This document shows, piece after piece, positions 28,134-36,806 of a stretch of 64,000 nucleotides of DNA (the stretch's first letter is position 1; every line of letters begins with the position of its first letter). The stretch comes from a candidate division WWE3 bacterium (lineage in GTDB: Bacteria; Patescibacteriota; WWE3; UBA101185; UBA10185), in NCBI GenBank assembly GCA_003599255.1, contig QZJF01000016.1, positions 863-64,862 of the forward strand, given 5' to 3'. The position numbers and the translations under genes are program-made. The notes beneath the pieces are model-generated. The model searched no databases, had not been told where the DNA came from, and saw nothing but the letters and a program-made list of their open reading frames with translations.

Positions 28134-29164
28134 GGCTGTACTACATATATGCTTCCGTAGTGTCTTTTACTTTTTTCCTTAAAGTTCCAAAGCTTTTCCT
28201 GTGTCATTCTTAGTTCAAAAGTACCATTTGGCGCTATTATTATAGGTTGTTCAAAGTCGGAATAAAGTTTTATCAACTGTTCCAGTTCGATGTCTTTGTC
28301 AGTTTTATTTGTCCATCGCACCAGCTGATTTTGTACCGCCTTTACATTGCTGGGGATAAATCCAGTATCCGTATATTCTATTTCGATAATTCCGTATTTC
28401 TGATCAAATGCGATTTGTGAGTAATCGGGAGACCCTACTGAAGTTGTAGATTCGGTTGTACTTTCGGTGGAGTCATCCCCGTTTTGGAGCGGATTTTCCT
28501 GAGGTTTCGCGAGTTCGGGGTACTCTCTTATTACTACATCTCTTATTTGAGTTCTAAAATCTTCTATAGATCTATATTGAAGTACGCTATTATTCAGGAT
28601 AAAAGTAGGAGTTCCGCTTACGTTGATTCTTGTGCCAAGAGCAATGTCATCGCTGACTTGTTTCTGAATTACGGAATCATCAATTTTCTGCTCAAATTGA
28701 ACTCTGTCAATTCCAAGATCCTCCGCATATTTAACCAGACTTTCTCTGTCGAGTTCTTCCTGATTGTTGAAAAGTATTTCTCCGTATTCCCAGAATTTGC
28801 CGAATTGTCCAGCAGCTTGGGCGGCGATTGCAGCTTGCCTGGCATCAGGATGTTGCGGAAGGGGAAAGTGCCTGTATGCAATTAGTACTTCGTTCGGATA
28901 TTGAGCGGCTATTTCGTTGACGTAGGGATAAATTTGTCTGCACGAGGGGCATTGGAAATCGGTAAATTCCACAAGAATTACTTTTGCGTTTTCACTGCCT
29001 TTAGTAAATGTATACTCGGCAATCATTTCCTCTTCCGTTAGCTTTTCGAGTGTTGGTCCTGCTACGCCTCCGTTTTTTTGCGCAAGGTATATTAAACCTG
29101 CAAAAAGAGCCAAAGTTGCAAAACCTATTATAAATACCGGTGAGTTTCTTCTAATAAAATCCAT
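28130..29164 (-). CDS. DsbA-like thiol:disulfide oxidoreductase with N-terminal TM anchor and C-terminal extension
   Basis: FTDFQCPSCRQ thioredoxin-fold CxxC within a DsbA-like domain. Confidence 0.65.
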   Translation of the reverse strand: MDFIRRNSPVFIIGFATLALFAGLIYLAQKNGGVAGPTLEKLTEEEMIAEYTFTKGSENAKVILVEFTDFQCPSCRQIYPYVNEIAAQYPNEVLIAYRHFPLPQHPDARQAAIAAQAAGQFGKFWEYGEILFNNQEELDRESLVKYAEDLGIDRVQFEQKIDDSVIQKQVSDDIALGTRINVSGTPTFILNNSVLQYRSIEDFRTQIRDVVIREYPELAKPQENPLQNGDDSTESTTESTTSVGSPDYSQIAFDQKYGIIEIEYTDTGFIPSNVKAVQNQLVRWTNKTDKDIELEQLIKLYSDFEQPIIIAPNGTFELRMTQEKLWNFKEKSKRHYGSIYVVQP

Positions 29165-29170
29165 AATGAC

Positions 29171-30169
29171 TTAAGAAAGTGAAGTTACTGAATTCTGGGC
29201 AAGATCTTTATTAACTAAATACCTTGGTGGTTTATTATTTATTAAAACATCAACCACATTTTCAGCTACCATTCTTGACATTTGTATTCTGGCTTCCCAG
29301 GTAGCACTTGCTATATGTGGAGATAGTACCACATTGTCCATTTTTATCAATTCCGGATTAATCTTGGGTTCTTCTTCAAATACATCAAGTCCGGCGCCGG
29401 CAATCCATTCTTCTTTAAGTGCGTTAACTAATGATTCCTCATTTACAATCGGCCCCCTCGCTGTATTTATTAAATATGCCAAAGGCTTCATTTTTTTAAG
29501 TTCCTGTTCTCCAATCATTCCTTTACTTTCTTCGGTTAAGTTGCAGTGAATGGACACAATGTCGCTGTTTCCCAGAAGGGTATCCAGATCAACTCTTTCT
29601 GCATCCAGAAGGCTTTCGGCTTCGGGATGGGGAATAGGATCAAAGTAAAGTATTCTCATATTAAATCCGTACCTGGCTATTCTTGCAAAGTGTTGCCCTA
29701 TCCTGCCAAACCCAATTAGTCCGAGAGTTTTGCCCATGAACTTTGGTCCGATAAATTTCATAGGCTCCCAATATTTAAATTTCCCTGCCCTACAGAATCT
29801 ATCAGCTTCGGCGGTTTTTCTTCCCAGGGTCATCATCAGGGCTACAGAATGCTCGGCAACCGCCTCAGTCAGGTTACCCGGAGTGTTTCCCACAAAGATG
29901 CCCCGTGCTGTAGCTTCCTTTACATCAATGTGGTCATACCCCACCGAATACGTAGCGATAATCTTCAATTTCTCAGCACTATCAATAACATCCTTATCAA
30001 TTTCATCGGGTATCACAGGCACAATTGCATCCACTTCTTTTATGGCCTTTTTGAGTTCGGGTTTTGATAAAGGGGGACCTTGTCTGTAATCGATTTCAAT
30101 TCTATCTTTGTAAATTTCCAAGACTTTAAGTCCGGCCTGGGGTATTTCTCTTGTGATTAAGACTTTCAC
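29171..30169 (-). CDS. D-isomer-specific 2-hydroxyacid dehydrogenase (glyoxylate/hydroxypyruvate reductase-like)
   Basis: NAD-binding GLIGFGRIG, catalytic R/E/H pattern (RG...E...SPH). GTG start. Confidence 0.8.
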   Translation of the reverse strand: MKVLITREIPQAGLKVLEIYKDRIEIDYRQGPPLSKPELKKAIKEVDAIVPVIPDEIDKDVIDSAEKLKIIATYSVGYDHIDVKEATARGIFVGNTPGNLTEAVAEHSVALMMTLGRKTAEADRFCRAGKFKYWEPMKFIGPKFMGKTLGLIGFGRIGQHFARIARYGFNMRILYFDPIPHPEAESLLDAERVDLDTLLGNSDIVSIHCNLTEESKGMIGEQELKKMKPLAYLINTARGPIVNEESLVNALKEEWIAGAGLDVFEEEPKINPELIKMDNVVLSPHIASATWEARIQMSRMVAENVVDVLINNKPPRYLVNKDLAQNSVTSLS

Positions 30170-30220
30170 AGTTATATTCTATTAGATTTCGGAAGGTTTT
30201 AGAATAGTTAATCTATATAT

Positions 30221-31081
30221 TTAAGCTTTTCCGGTACTTCCGAATAATCCTATTTTGTATTCTACTACTTTTTGTACGGCTTCTATCGGCTTATCCATTA
30301 TTTTGTATACAGCCACCTCATTTGTAGAATTCAAAAGTTCCTGCAAAGACATTTTAAATGCGATGCGCATCTCGGAATTCACGTTAACTTTGACTATGCC
30401 CATGGTTACAGCCTGACGTACATCTTCATCAAATATTCCGGAGCCTCCGTGCAGTGACAAAAACGTGTCCGGTATAGTGGCCTTTATCTTTTTTAATAAA
30501 TCCAGATTCAAATGCATATTCGATGCATAAATGCCGTGCAAATTCCCAACGAAACTGGCAAAGACGTCAACACCAGTTTTTTCAACAAATTCCCGTGCCC
30601 TTTCAGGATCAGTAAATAATTTCGGATCCTGCAGTCGTGTAGGGTCCTCTGATCGATGGTCCGCGGAGCTTCCTTCAATGTGATCTATCTCTCCTTCCAC
30701 GGGGATACCGTGTTTGTGCGCCAGTTTCACGACCTCAGCGGCCTCCCGAAGAGCGTCTTCGAACGATGATTTACTTGCATCAATGTGCACATAATCAAAA
30801 CCCGCTTCAATGGCTCTTTTGCAAGATTCAAAGTCTTTCCCATGATCCAGATTTAAGATTATCGGAACACCGGTTTCTTCCATATAAATCTGTTTTAGGG
30901 CCACCATCTGCTTGTACCCTATGTAGGTTACTTCACCATCCGAAGCTTCTATGAGAATTGGGGATTTGAGCTTTTTTGCGGCATTGGTTATTGCCTTAAA
31001 TGTTTCAATATTGGCACAATTAAAAGCGCCTAAAGCGTAATTACCGTCGTCAGCCTTTTTTAAAATTTCGTAGACGTTCAT
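30221..31081 (-). CDS. fba: class II fructose/tagatose-bisphosphate aldolase
   Basis: LDHG, GEID and HGGSG zinc/catalytic motifs of class II FBA. Confidence 0.8.
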   Translation of the reverse strand: MNVYEILKKADDGNYALGAFNCANIETFKAITNAAKKLKSPILIEASDGEVTYIGYKQMVALKQIYMEETGVPIILNLDHGKDFESCKRAIEAGFDYVHIDASKSSFEDALREAAEVVKLAHKHGIPVEGEIDHIEGSSADHRSEDPTRLQDPKLFTDPERAREFVEKTGVDVFASFVGNLHGIYASNMHLNLDLLKKIKATIPDTFLSLHGGSGIFDEDVRQAVTMGIVKVNVNSEMRIAFKMSLQELLNSTNEVAVYKIMDKPIEAVQKVVEYKIGLFGSTGKA

Positions 31082-32031
31082 ATGTTTATGCTCTCAATTT
31101 CTTTTATCGTTAGCAATCCTTTAAAAGAACCTATGACCTTAATATTGGCACTGGCATTAATTGTTCCCCATTTCAACGCCGTTTCCAGGGATTTTCCATG
31201 TACAATGGCCGCCATAAAACCGGCTGAAAATGAATCACCGGCCCCCGTCATGTCTTCAACAGGTCTTCCATCATCGTATATGCCTTGATGAGTTATTTTT
31301 ATACCGTCATAGGCACTTGATCCGCTGCTACCGTCTGTAATTACCGACAATTTCGGGCCCAATTCTGCAAGTTTCTTATGAAGTTCCTCACCGGACAAAG
31401 CGGATTCTGTCAGCCTTTGCGCTTCTTCTTTATTTACAAATAATATATCTGTAACTTTTAAAATATCTCTTAAAGCGGCAAGCCCGGTCTTCATGTGAAT
31501 TGTGCCGGGATTAAAAGCCAATCCCGTCCCTCTGTGTTTAGAAATGTATTCGATCAGCTCGTGCTGAAAACTTTCAAAACCTTCGGGCATTGATGTGTAA
31601 TATATATATTTTGGTTGCGGCCAATCTTGCAACGTGTACTGTCTTTTCCCATGATAAGAGAATATAGTTCTTTCTCCTTTGAAGACTATTATGGTGTGAA
31701 GATCGGTAGGAGTATCTTTGTTTTTTTTACAGAAATCGGTGTTAATGTCCCATGATTTAAGTTCGGAGATTATCCGGTCTGTGTTGGCGTCGTCCCCAAG
31801 TTCAGTATAAACAGCAGCATTAAGTTTTAGCAGTTTTGCTCCGATGGCTACATTAATAGCGTTTCCGGCCACACTAGTTTCAAAACTTTCCACGGGAATC
31901 TTGCTTCCATGAAAAAAACAAAACTTTTCGGACGAACCGTCAGCCGATTCAGTGAGCCCGGAATTATCACCGATTTTCATAAACAGATCAATTGAACTAT
32001 CTCCGATTGTTAATAAGTCAAGTTTATTCAT
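31078..32031 (-). CDS. pfkB-family carbohydrate kinase (ribokinase/fructokinase-like)
   Basis: GAGDSF anion-hole motif and N-terminal GG motif. 317 aa. Confidence 0.75.
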   Translation of the reverse strand: MNKLDLLTIGDSSIDLFMKIGDNSGLTESADGSSEKFCFFHGSKIPVESFETSVAGNAINVAIGAKLLKLNAAVYTELGDDANTDRIISELKSWDINTDFCKKNKDTPTDLHTIIVFKGERTIFSYHGKRQYTLQDWPQPKYIYYTSMPEGFESFQHELIEYISKHRGTGLAFNPGTIHMKTGLAALRDILKVTDILFVNKEEAQRLTESALSGEELHKKLAELGPKLSVITDGSSGSSAYDGIKITHQGIYDDGRPVEDMTGAGDSFSAGFMAAIVHGKSLETALKWGTINASANIKVIGSFKGLLTIKEIESINI

Positions 32032-33013
32032 TATCTTTGAGTATACTTAAAATTTTGTTAACTAAATGGTGTGCGCTGAGTCCGAATTTGTCCAGTAAAT
32101 CACTGTAATGACCGGACTCCCCGAAAGTATCCGGCATTCCGATTCTGCGTATAGGAACCGGGTACTTTTCTGATAATAATTCGGCAACCGCTCCCCCCAA
32201 CCCCCCTGATACTTGATGATTTTCTATTGTTACAACTCTCTTTGTCTTTTTGGCCGAGTGAACAATTGTGACTTCGTCGAGAGGCTTTATGGTCGGGGAG
32301 CTGATTACTTCTACGTTGACCTTGTGCGCCGCTCTTAGGATTTTTGCTGCGGACAGAACCTCGTACATAATCGGACCGCTGCTTATCAGTGTGATCTCAT
32401 CCCCCTCTACCAGTACTTGAGCTTTGCCAAACTCAAAAGGGGTACTTTCAGTAGTAATTTCGGGAGTTCCTTCTCTGCCCAGCCTCATGTAGATTGGACC
32501 CTTGTGTTTTGCGGCGTATTTTGCCGCCGCTTTTGCCTGATGGAAATCTATGGGTTCTATGACCGAAAAGTTTGGGAGAACCCTGGTGAGTGCTATATCT
32601 TCAAGACATTGAGCCATGCCCCCGTCATAACAATGCATGAGACCGGCGTGTGTCCCGATAATTTTAACGTTTGTGTTTGAGAAACTGATACTTAATCTAA
32701 TTTGTTCCCAGTTTCTTCCCGGGCTGAATATGGCAAAGGAGGCCATAAACGGAATTTTTCCGCTTAATGCCAATCCTGCAGCTATGCCGGTCATATTCTG
32801 TTCGGCTACTCCTATTTCAATGTATCTGTCAGGGAATTTATGTGCGAATAAGTCAACTTTTGTAGATTCCTTGAGATCTCCACACAAAACCACAATGTTC
32901 TCGTCCTTTTCACCCGCTTCTAACAACCCCAACCCAAAACCCTCACGGGTGCTTCTTTTTTCCGCACTTTTCTGGAATAGCTCCTTATTTAATTTCAGCT
33001 TACTGTTAAGCAT
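32024..33013 (-). CDS. transketolase, C-terminal (pyrimidine-binding) subunit
   Basis: Split-transketolase B subunit pattern. 329 aa. Confidence 0.85.
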   Translation of the reverse strand: MLNSKLKLNKELFQKSAEKRSTREGFGLGLLEAGEKDENIVVLCGDLKESTKVDLFAHKFPDRYIEIGVAEQNMTGIAAGLALSGKIPFMASFAIFSPGRNWEQIRLSISFSNTNVKIIGTHAGLMHCYDGGMAQCLEDIALTRVLPNFSVIEPIDFHQAKAAAKYAAKHKGPIYMRLGREGTPEITTESTPFEFGKAQVLVEGDEITLISSGPIMYEVLSAAKILRAAHKVNVEVISSPTIKPLDEVTIVHSAKKTKRVVTIENHQVSGGLGGAVAELLSEKYPVPIRRIGMPDTFGESGHYSDLLDKFGLSAHHLVNKILSILKDNE

Positions 33014-33021
33014 TAGGCAGA

Positions 33022-33612
33022 TTAATTGCTATCTTCGCTTGGAGTACTTTGTTCGTCAGTGGCTTCGTCGTTTTCTTCTTCGCAGGGTTCTTCTTCTTTA
33101 ACTCTTTCAAAATCAATACTCCAATCTGTTTTATTTATTGCGACCATATCTACAGCAATGTGGGGACTTACCTCAACCGTACAGTTTTCTCTTGGGAAAG
33201 TTTCGTGTAAGGCTATTAAGAGGGATTTTTTATCCTTGTCCTCATAAACTTTCTTTATCTTGATTGCATGCGTTTCAGGATCTTCAACTTCTGTTGCTAC
33301 TCCGATGACATATTCTTTATTAAAATCCACAGTTTCCTTAAGAGTCACCAACCCGGCCGGATCAATGTAATTTAAAAAGTCGTTGAGTTCTTCTTCACTT
33401 TTAATAACTCTCCTCTGTTTTTCGTACTGTTTACCTTCTTCTGTGTAGATTATTGTGGGAAAGTTTTCCAGCCTTCTTATCTGTGTACCCTTGTTAAATT
33501 TAGGAAGTTTAATCTCGTCTGCCAGTAGGAAGTATCCTGCCCCAAAAATCAAAAGAACGATTATTACTAGTGGTAATAAAGATATATAAATGAATTGTTT
33601 TTTATCAGTCAT
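33022..33612 (-). CDS. hypothetical membrane-anchored acidic protein inserted between the two transketolase subunit genes
   Basis: N-terminal TM then a soluble acidic domain. ATGACTGA overlap with the tkt-N stop, and 8-nt gap to tkt-C. Confidence 0.45.
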   Translation of the reverse strand: MTDKKQFIYISLLPLVIIVLLIFGAGYFLLADEIKLPKFNKGTQIRRLENFPTIIYTEEGKQYEKQRRVIKSEEELNDFLNYIDPAGLVTLKETVDFNKEYVIGVATEVEDPETHAIKIKKVYEDKDKKSLLIALHETFPRENCTVEVSPHIAVDMVAINKTDWSIDFERVKEEEPCEEENDEATDEQSTPSEDSN

Positions 33613-34477
33613 AGTCGCAACTAATTTTTCCGTCGAGGGAGCGCAAATCCCTCAGGGCTTTCATGGCTTCCTTTTTATCGGGAACCTTGCCGTGCCACTC
33701 AACTTTATACTCCATAAATTCTACACCCTTTCCCGGTATAGTGTGCGCAATTATTGCCGTGGGACGCTGACTCACAGCCCTTGCCATGTTACAGGCATTG
33801 ATAATCTCTTCAATGTTGTGGCCGTCAATTTCAACCACAAACCAGTTAAAAGCTTCTAACTTATCTCTTAGACTTTCAAGAGGCATCATATCTTCGGTGT
33901 AGCCGCTAAGTTGTATGTTATTACGGTCAATTATCCATGTAATGTTGTTTAAGCCGCTGTTACCTCCAAACATTGCCGCTTCCCATACTTGTCCTTCGTT
34001 CAGCTCCCCGTCTCCGGTCATGACATATACTCTATAGTTCTTTTTATCTAGTTTTGCTGCTAATGCCATGCCAATAGCTTGTGAGATGCCCTGTCCAAGT
34101 GAGCCGCTTGTGTTCTCGACCCCCGGAAGGCTTCCGTAAGCAGGATGTCCCTGCAATCTCGAGTTAATTTTTCTTAAAGTCCAAAGTTCTTTTTTTGGGA
34201 AATATCCCCGTTCAGATAAACTAGCATACCATACGGGACAGATATGTCCATTCGAAAGAACGAATCTGTCTCTGTCTTCCCAATCCGGTTTTTTCGGATC
34301 AATGTTGAGTATGTGAAAATACAATGCAGCAAAGATATCGGCTGTGTCCAAGGAACCTGCACTGTGGCCTGAACCAGCCTCTAACAGCATTTGGATAACA
34401 GTTTTCCTCAAATCGTTTGCTTTAGTCTCTAAACTTGATATTACAGGATTTTGACAGTGAATATGTGTGTCGGGCAT
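33605..34477 (-). CDS. transketolase, N-terminal (TPP-binding) subunit
   Basis: TPP-binding GDG...NE motif region (MTGDGELNEGQVWE) and GHP/GH motifs. ORF track start is TTG 34495; the first ATG at 34477 (MPDTHIH...) is preferred. Confidence 0.85.
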   Translation of the reverse strand: MPDTHIHCQNPVISSLETKANDLRKTVIQMLLEAGSGHSAGSLDTADIFAALYFHILNIDPKKPDWEDRDRFVLSNGHICPVWYASLSERGYFPKKELWTLRKINSRLQGHPAYGSLPGVENTSGSLGQGISQAIGMALAAKLDKKNYRVYVMTGDGELNEGQVWEAAMFGGNSGLNNITWIIDRNNIQLSGYTEDMMPLESLRDKLEAFNWFVVEIDGHNIEEIINACNMARAVSQRPTAIIAHTIPGKGVEFMEYKVEWHGKVPDKKEAMKALRDLRSLDGKISCDYD

Positions 34478-34484
34478 TAAATTC

Positions 34485-34513
34485 AGTATATTCAATTAGT
34501 ATATTTTGTTCAA
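34485..34513 (-). promoter_or_regulatory. sigma70-type promoter TTGAAC-17-TATACT only 7 nt upstream of tkt-N ATG (leaderless or near-leaderless transcript)
   Basis: On the plus strand, gttcaa at 34508-34513 and agtata at 34485-34490. No SD between the -10 and the ATG. Confidence 0.4.
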
Positions 34514-34525
34514 GTAAAGTTTTTA

Positions 34526-34554
34526 TTGACGTAGCCTGTAGGATTAGGTATAAA
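34526..34554 (+). promoter_or_regulatory. sigma70-type promoter TTGACG-17-TATAAA at the start of a GC-rich ORF-poor island
   Basis: Read directly. It is followed ~40 nt later by GGAGG and a tiny ORF. Confidence 0.35.
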
Positions 34555-35029
34555 AAAAGATAGTTCCTACGAACAATAAAAAAAGAAAGAGGAGGTGCCT
34601 ATGGCGGTGGTTTTTACCATGTGTTTCGATCTTTGAATGACCCTGGTGCATCGACCGCCTACCGCTAAGCGGAAATTATAGGCAGGTCAGAATGGAGTTG
34701 AAAATGAGAGTTTCATCTACCTTGTGAGAGGAGGTGATCCATTCTCGGTCTCATCGCCGGTCGTTGGGACTGTATATCGTAAGACAAAAAACTCGTTCGC
34801 GAAAGGAGGTGAGACTACATATGGAAGCGGTAGTGTTCATGAGCTAACTCGTGGCGCCGTCGATCGTGATGAGAGAGTTTGGGTAAAAGCAGCGGATGTT
34901 GACTGCCCGAACGCCTTACGTTGCAGCGAGCGTTACTGAGGGGTTAAACACTGAAGCTCTATGAGGTTGGTTGATGGTAAGTCGATCGTAGGTTTCCTGG
35001 TGGACATCACTGCCCCTTCTAATGCCCCC

Positions 35030-35084
35030 GCCCCCGTGTCTGAAATGGATTAAATCCAAATCTATGGCACGGGGGCTCTTCTTT
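35030..35084 (+). terminator. rho-independent terminator: perfect 9-bp GC-rich stem (gcccccgtg / cacgggggc), 29-nt loop, then tcttcttt
   Basis: Read directly. Confidence 0.45.
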
Positions 35085-35086
35085 GC

Positions 35087-35114
35087 TTGACAACTATTTT
35101 CAATCTGATAGTAT
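35087..35114 (+). promoter_or_regulatory. sigma70-type promoter TTGACA-16-TAGTAT driving a ~450-nt ORF-less transcript
   Basis: Read directly. Lies immediately after the upstream terminator. Confidence 0.4.
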
Positions 35115-35119
35115 TTCAC

Positions 35120-35516
35120 GCACCCAGAGATTTTTAACAAGAAAATCTAGATAAAGGTCGCATTTTTGGCCTTCGCAAAACTGGCGATGTCGCGCCGTTG
35201 CCAGAATTCCAGATTCCGTTTTTACAGTAGAGGTCGGTCTGTCCGGATCGTCTGAGGGAATTTTGGAATTTTTTTAGCGCGCTCTGTTCTTCGCACTCTT
35301 TATGTGGAGATCGTGTGTAAAACAAACGTTTCTAGAACGTTTGCGGAATGGCGGCACCATTTCACTCACGAGCGGCCTACGCACGGAGAAATCGCAAAGC
35401 CTAGTTGCTTACCTCTTGTGACTAGTAACTTTGCCCAACCTTTTCACCCGGGCGAGAGATGAAACATAATGCGAGTTGGTTTCTACAACCCTCTCTCCCC
35501 GGTGATAAAACAAAAC
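35120..35516 (+). ncRNA. candidate non-coding RNA of unknown class (GC-rich, no ORF >26 codons, bounded by predicted promoter and terminator)
   Basis: Defined only by the flanking promoter (35087-35114) and terminator (35517-35570). No RNase P, tmRNA, SRP or riboswitch motifs were recognised by eye. Confidence 0.25.
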
Positions 35517-35570
35517 GGAGCCTTCTTGAGTATGCTTAACGCAAACTTGAAAAGGCTCCTTGTTTTTTTT
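35517..35570. terminator. bidirectional rho-independent terminator (stem ggagcctt/aaggctcc, then T8 on + strand and a U-rich tract on - strand)
   Basis: Read directly. Immediately downstream of the Rpe-LOG gene stop (35577). Confidence 0.55.
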
Positions 35571-35576
35571 AGAACT

Positions 35577-36806
35577 TTAATCTTTCTTTAGACTTTTTAG
35601 AAACTCAATAACTTCTTCGGGTGTTGTACAGATTTTTAACATATCCTCTTCGCTGTTTTTTAAGAGCATGTGTTTATGAATAACGTCCAAAAAGTCCTGC
35701 CAAAACGCCCCGAAAAGAATGATAGGTTTGTTATTTGGTTCATGTATCCATGAACTTATCCAGCTCATTCCAAACTCGCTGAGTGTTCCTATACTTCCTT
35801 TAAAAACGATATGAACCTGTGTAGTTTGCAGCATTACTTTAGTTCTGTCGAAGTAGTCCAATGTTATTACTTCGTCGTCAAAGTGGTTTTCCGGGTCAAC
35901 GCCTTCATAATGTCTTTTAGGTTTATTCGGGTGATAGGTGATTGCAAGTACCTTTCCGCCTCCTGCATGTGCTCCCTCTGTGGAAGCTCTCATTACCCCG
36001 GGTCCCCCGCCGTTTACTACTTCAAATCCTGCCTCTGCAACAGCTCTTGCTGTTTCATATGCTTCTTTGTAGGGTTGATCATTCTCAACCCAAGCCGCAC
36101 CTCCTAAGAAAGCAACTTTCGTTATTCTTTCCCGTTTTAAGGTAACAATAGTTTCTTCATTATTTATATCTTGTTTGTTTTGCATGCTTGTTAATTGTAA
36201 ATATTTTTTTCTCGGATTTGTACTACCAAATATTGCTGATCCTATTATCATATCATCTACGCCGGCATGTACTATTCCCGGAATGGTTTTCTCATTCACC
36301 CCGCCATCGACCTGAATTTGGACTTTAGGGTATGTGAGCTTGAATCTTTCGATTTTCTGCAGTACGCCCGGAATGAAATCTCTGCCCTGACCCCCGGGGA
36401 TTATGGTCATAAATTGGACAAAGTCCAGGTCTTTTACAAAATCCTGAATTATTTCAAAATCAGTGGTTGGTCCGAGAGACAGGCCAACTCTATAACCCAG
36501 TATTTTGGCTTTTTTTATGAATTCTTCGACTTCAGCTTTGCTCCCGAACCCTTCAATTTGGGAACATATTTTTACTGCATTTTTGATTTTTACAAGATAA
36601 TCAAGAGGATTTACTACAAGAAGATGCAGATCGTATTTGAGATTTGATTCCAAATTGTTTAGAGCTTCAATATCCTGAAAAGTGGAGCCCTCAAAGAGTT
36701 TACCGTCAACAAAATCTATCTGTACCATCTCCGAGAAGCTCTCCGCAATGCTAACTTTATCTTCAATATCCCTGAAGTTTTTTTCTAGAATGGCAGGAAT
36801 TATCAT
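35577..36806 (-). CDS. fusion protein: ribulose-phosphate 3-epimerase (N-terminal) plus LOG-family domain (TIGR00730, cytokinin riboside 5'-monophosphate phosphoribohydrolase-like, C-terminal)
   Basis: Rpe motif QVDGGVN...AGVDDMIIGSAIF. LOG motifs KVAFLGGAAW, NGGGPGVMRA and KGSIGTLSEF (GGGxGxM / PGGxGTxxE). Confidence 0.7.
   Translation of the reverse strand: MIIPAILEKNFRDIEDKVSIAESFSEMVQIDFVDGKLFEGSTFQDIEALNNLESNLKYDLHLLVVNPLDYLVKIKNAVKICSQIEGFGSKAEVEEFIKKAKILGYRVGLSLGPTTDFEIIQDFVKDLDFVQFMTIIPGGQGRDFIPGVLQKIERFKLTYPKVQIQVDGGVNEKTIPGIVHAGVDDMIIGSAIFGSTNPRKKYLQLTSMQNKQDINNEETIVTLKRERITKVAFLGGAAWVENDQPYKEAYETARAVAEAGFEVVNGGGPGVMRASTEGAHAGGGKVLAITYHPNKPKRHYEGVDPENHFDDEVITLDYFDRTKVMLQTTQVHIVFKGSIGTLSEFGMSWISSWIHEPNNKPIILFGAFWQDFLDVIHKHMLLKNSEEDMLKICTTPEEVIEFLKSLKKD

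Noticed and set aside
34601-34939. GTG-initiated 71-aa ORF (34724-34939), which is the tail of a 113-codon frame interrupted by in-frame TGA (34634) and TAG (34679); considered as a pseudogene or recoded gene
   Set aside because: Two stops in 113 codons of ~50% GC sequence is near random expectation. No SD at the GTG. No recognisable protein motif. Treated as non-coding.
34496-35576. Possibility that the GC island encodes tmRNA, RNase P RNA, SRP RNA or a known riboswitch
   Set aside because: No tRNA-like T-loop/acceptor, no P4 GGAAAGUCC motif, no SRP AGGUC...GGAAGCAGC motif, and no TPP/B12/SAM boxes could be found by eye. Left as unknown RNA.
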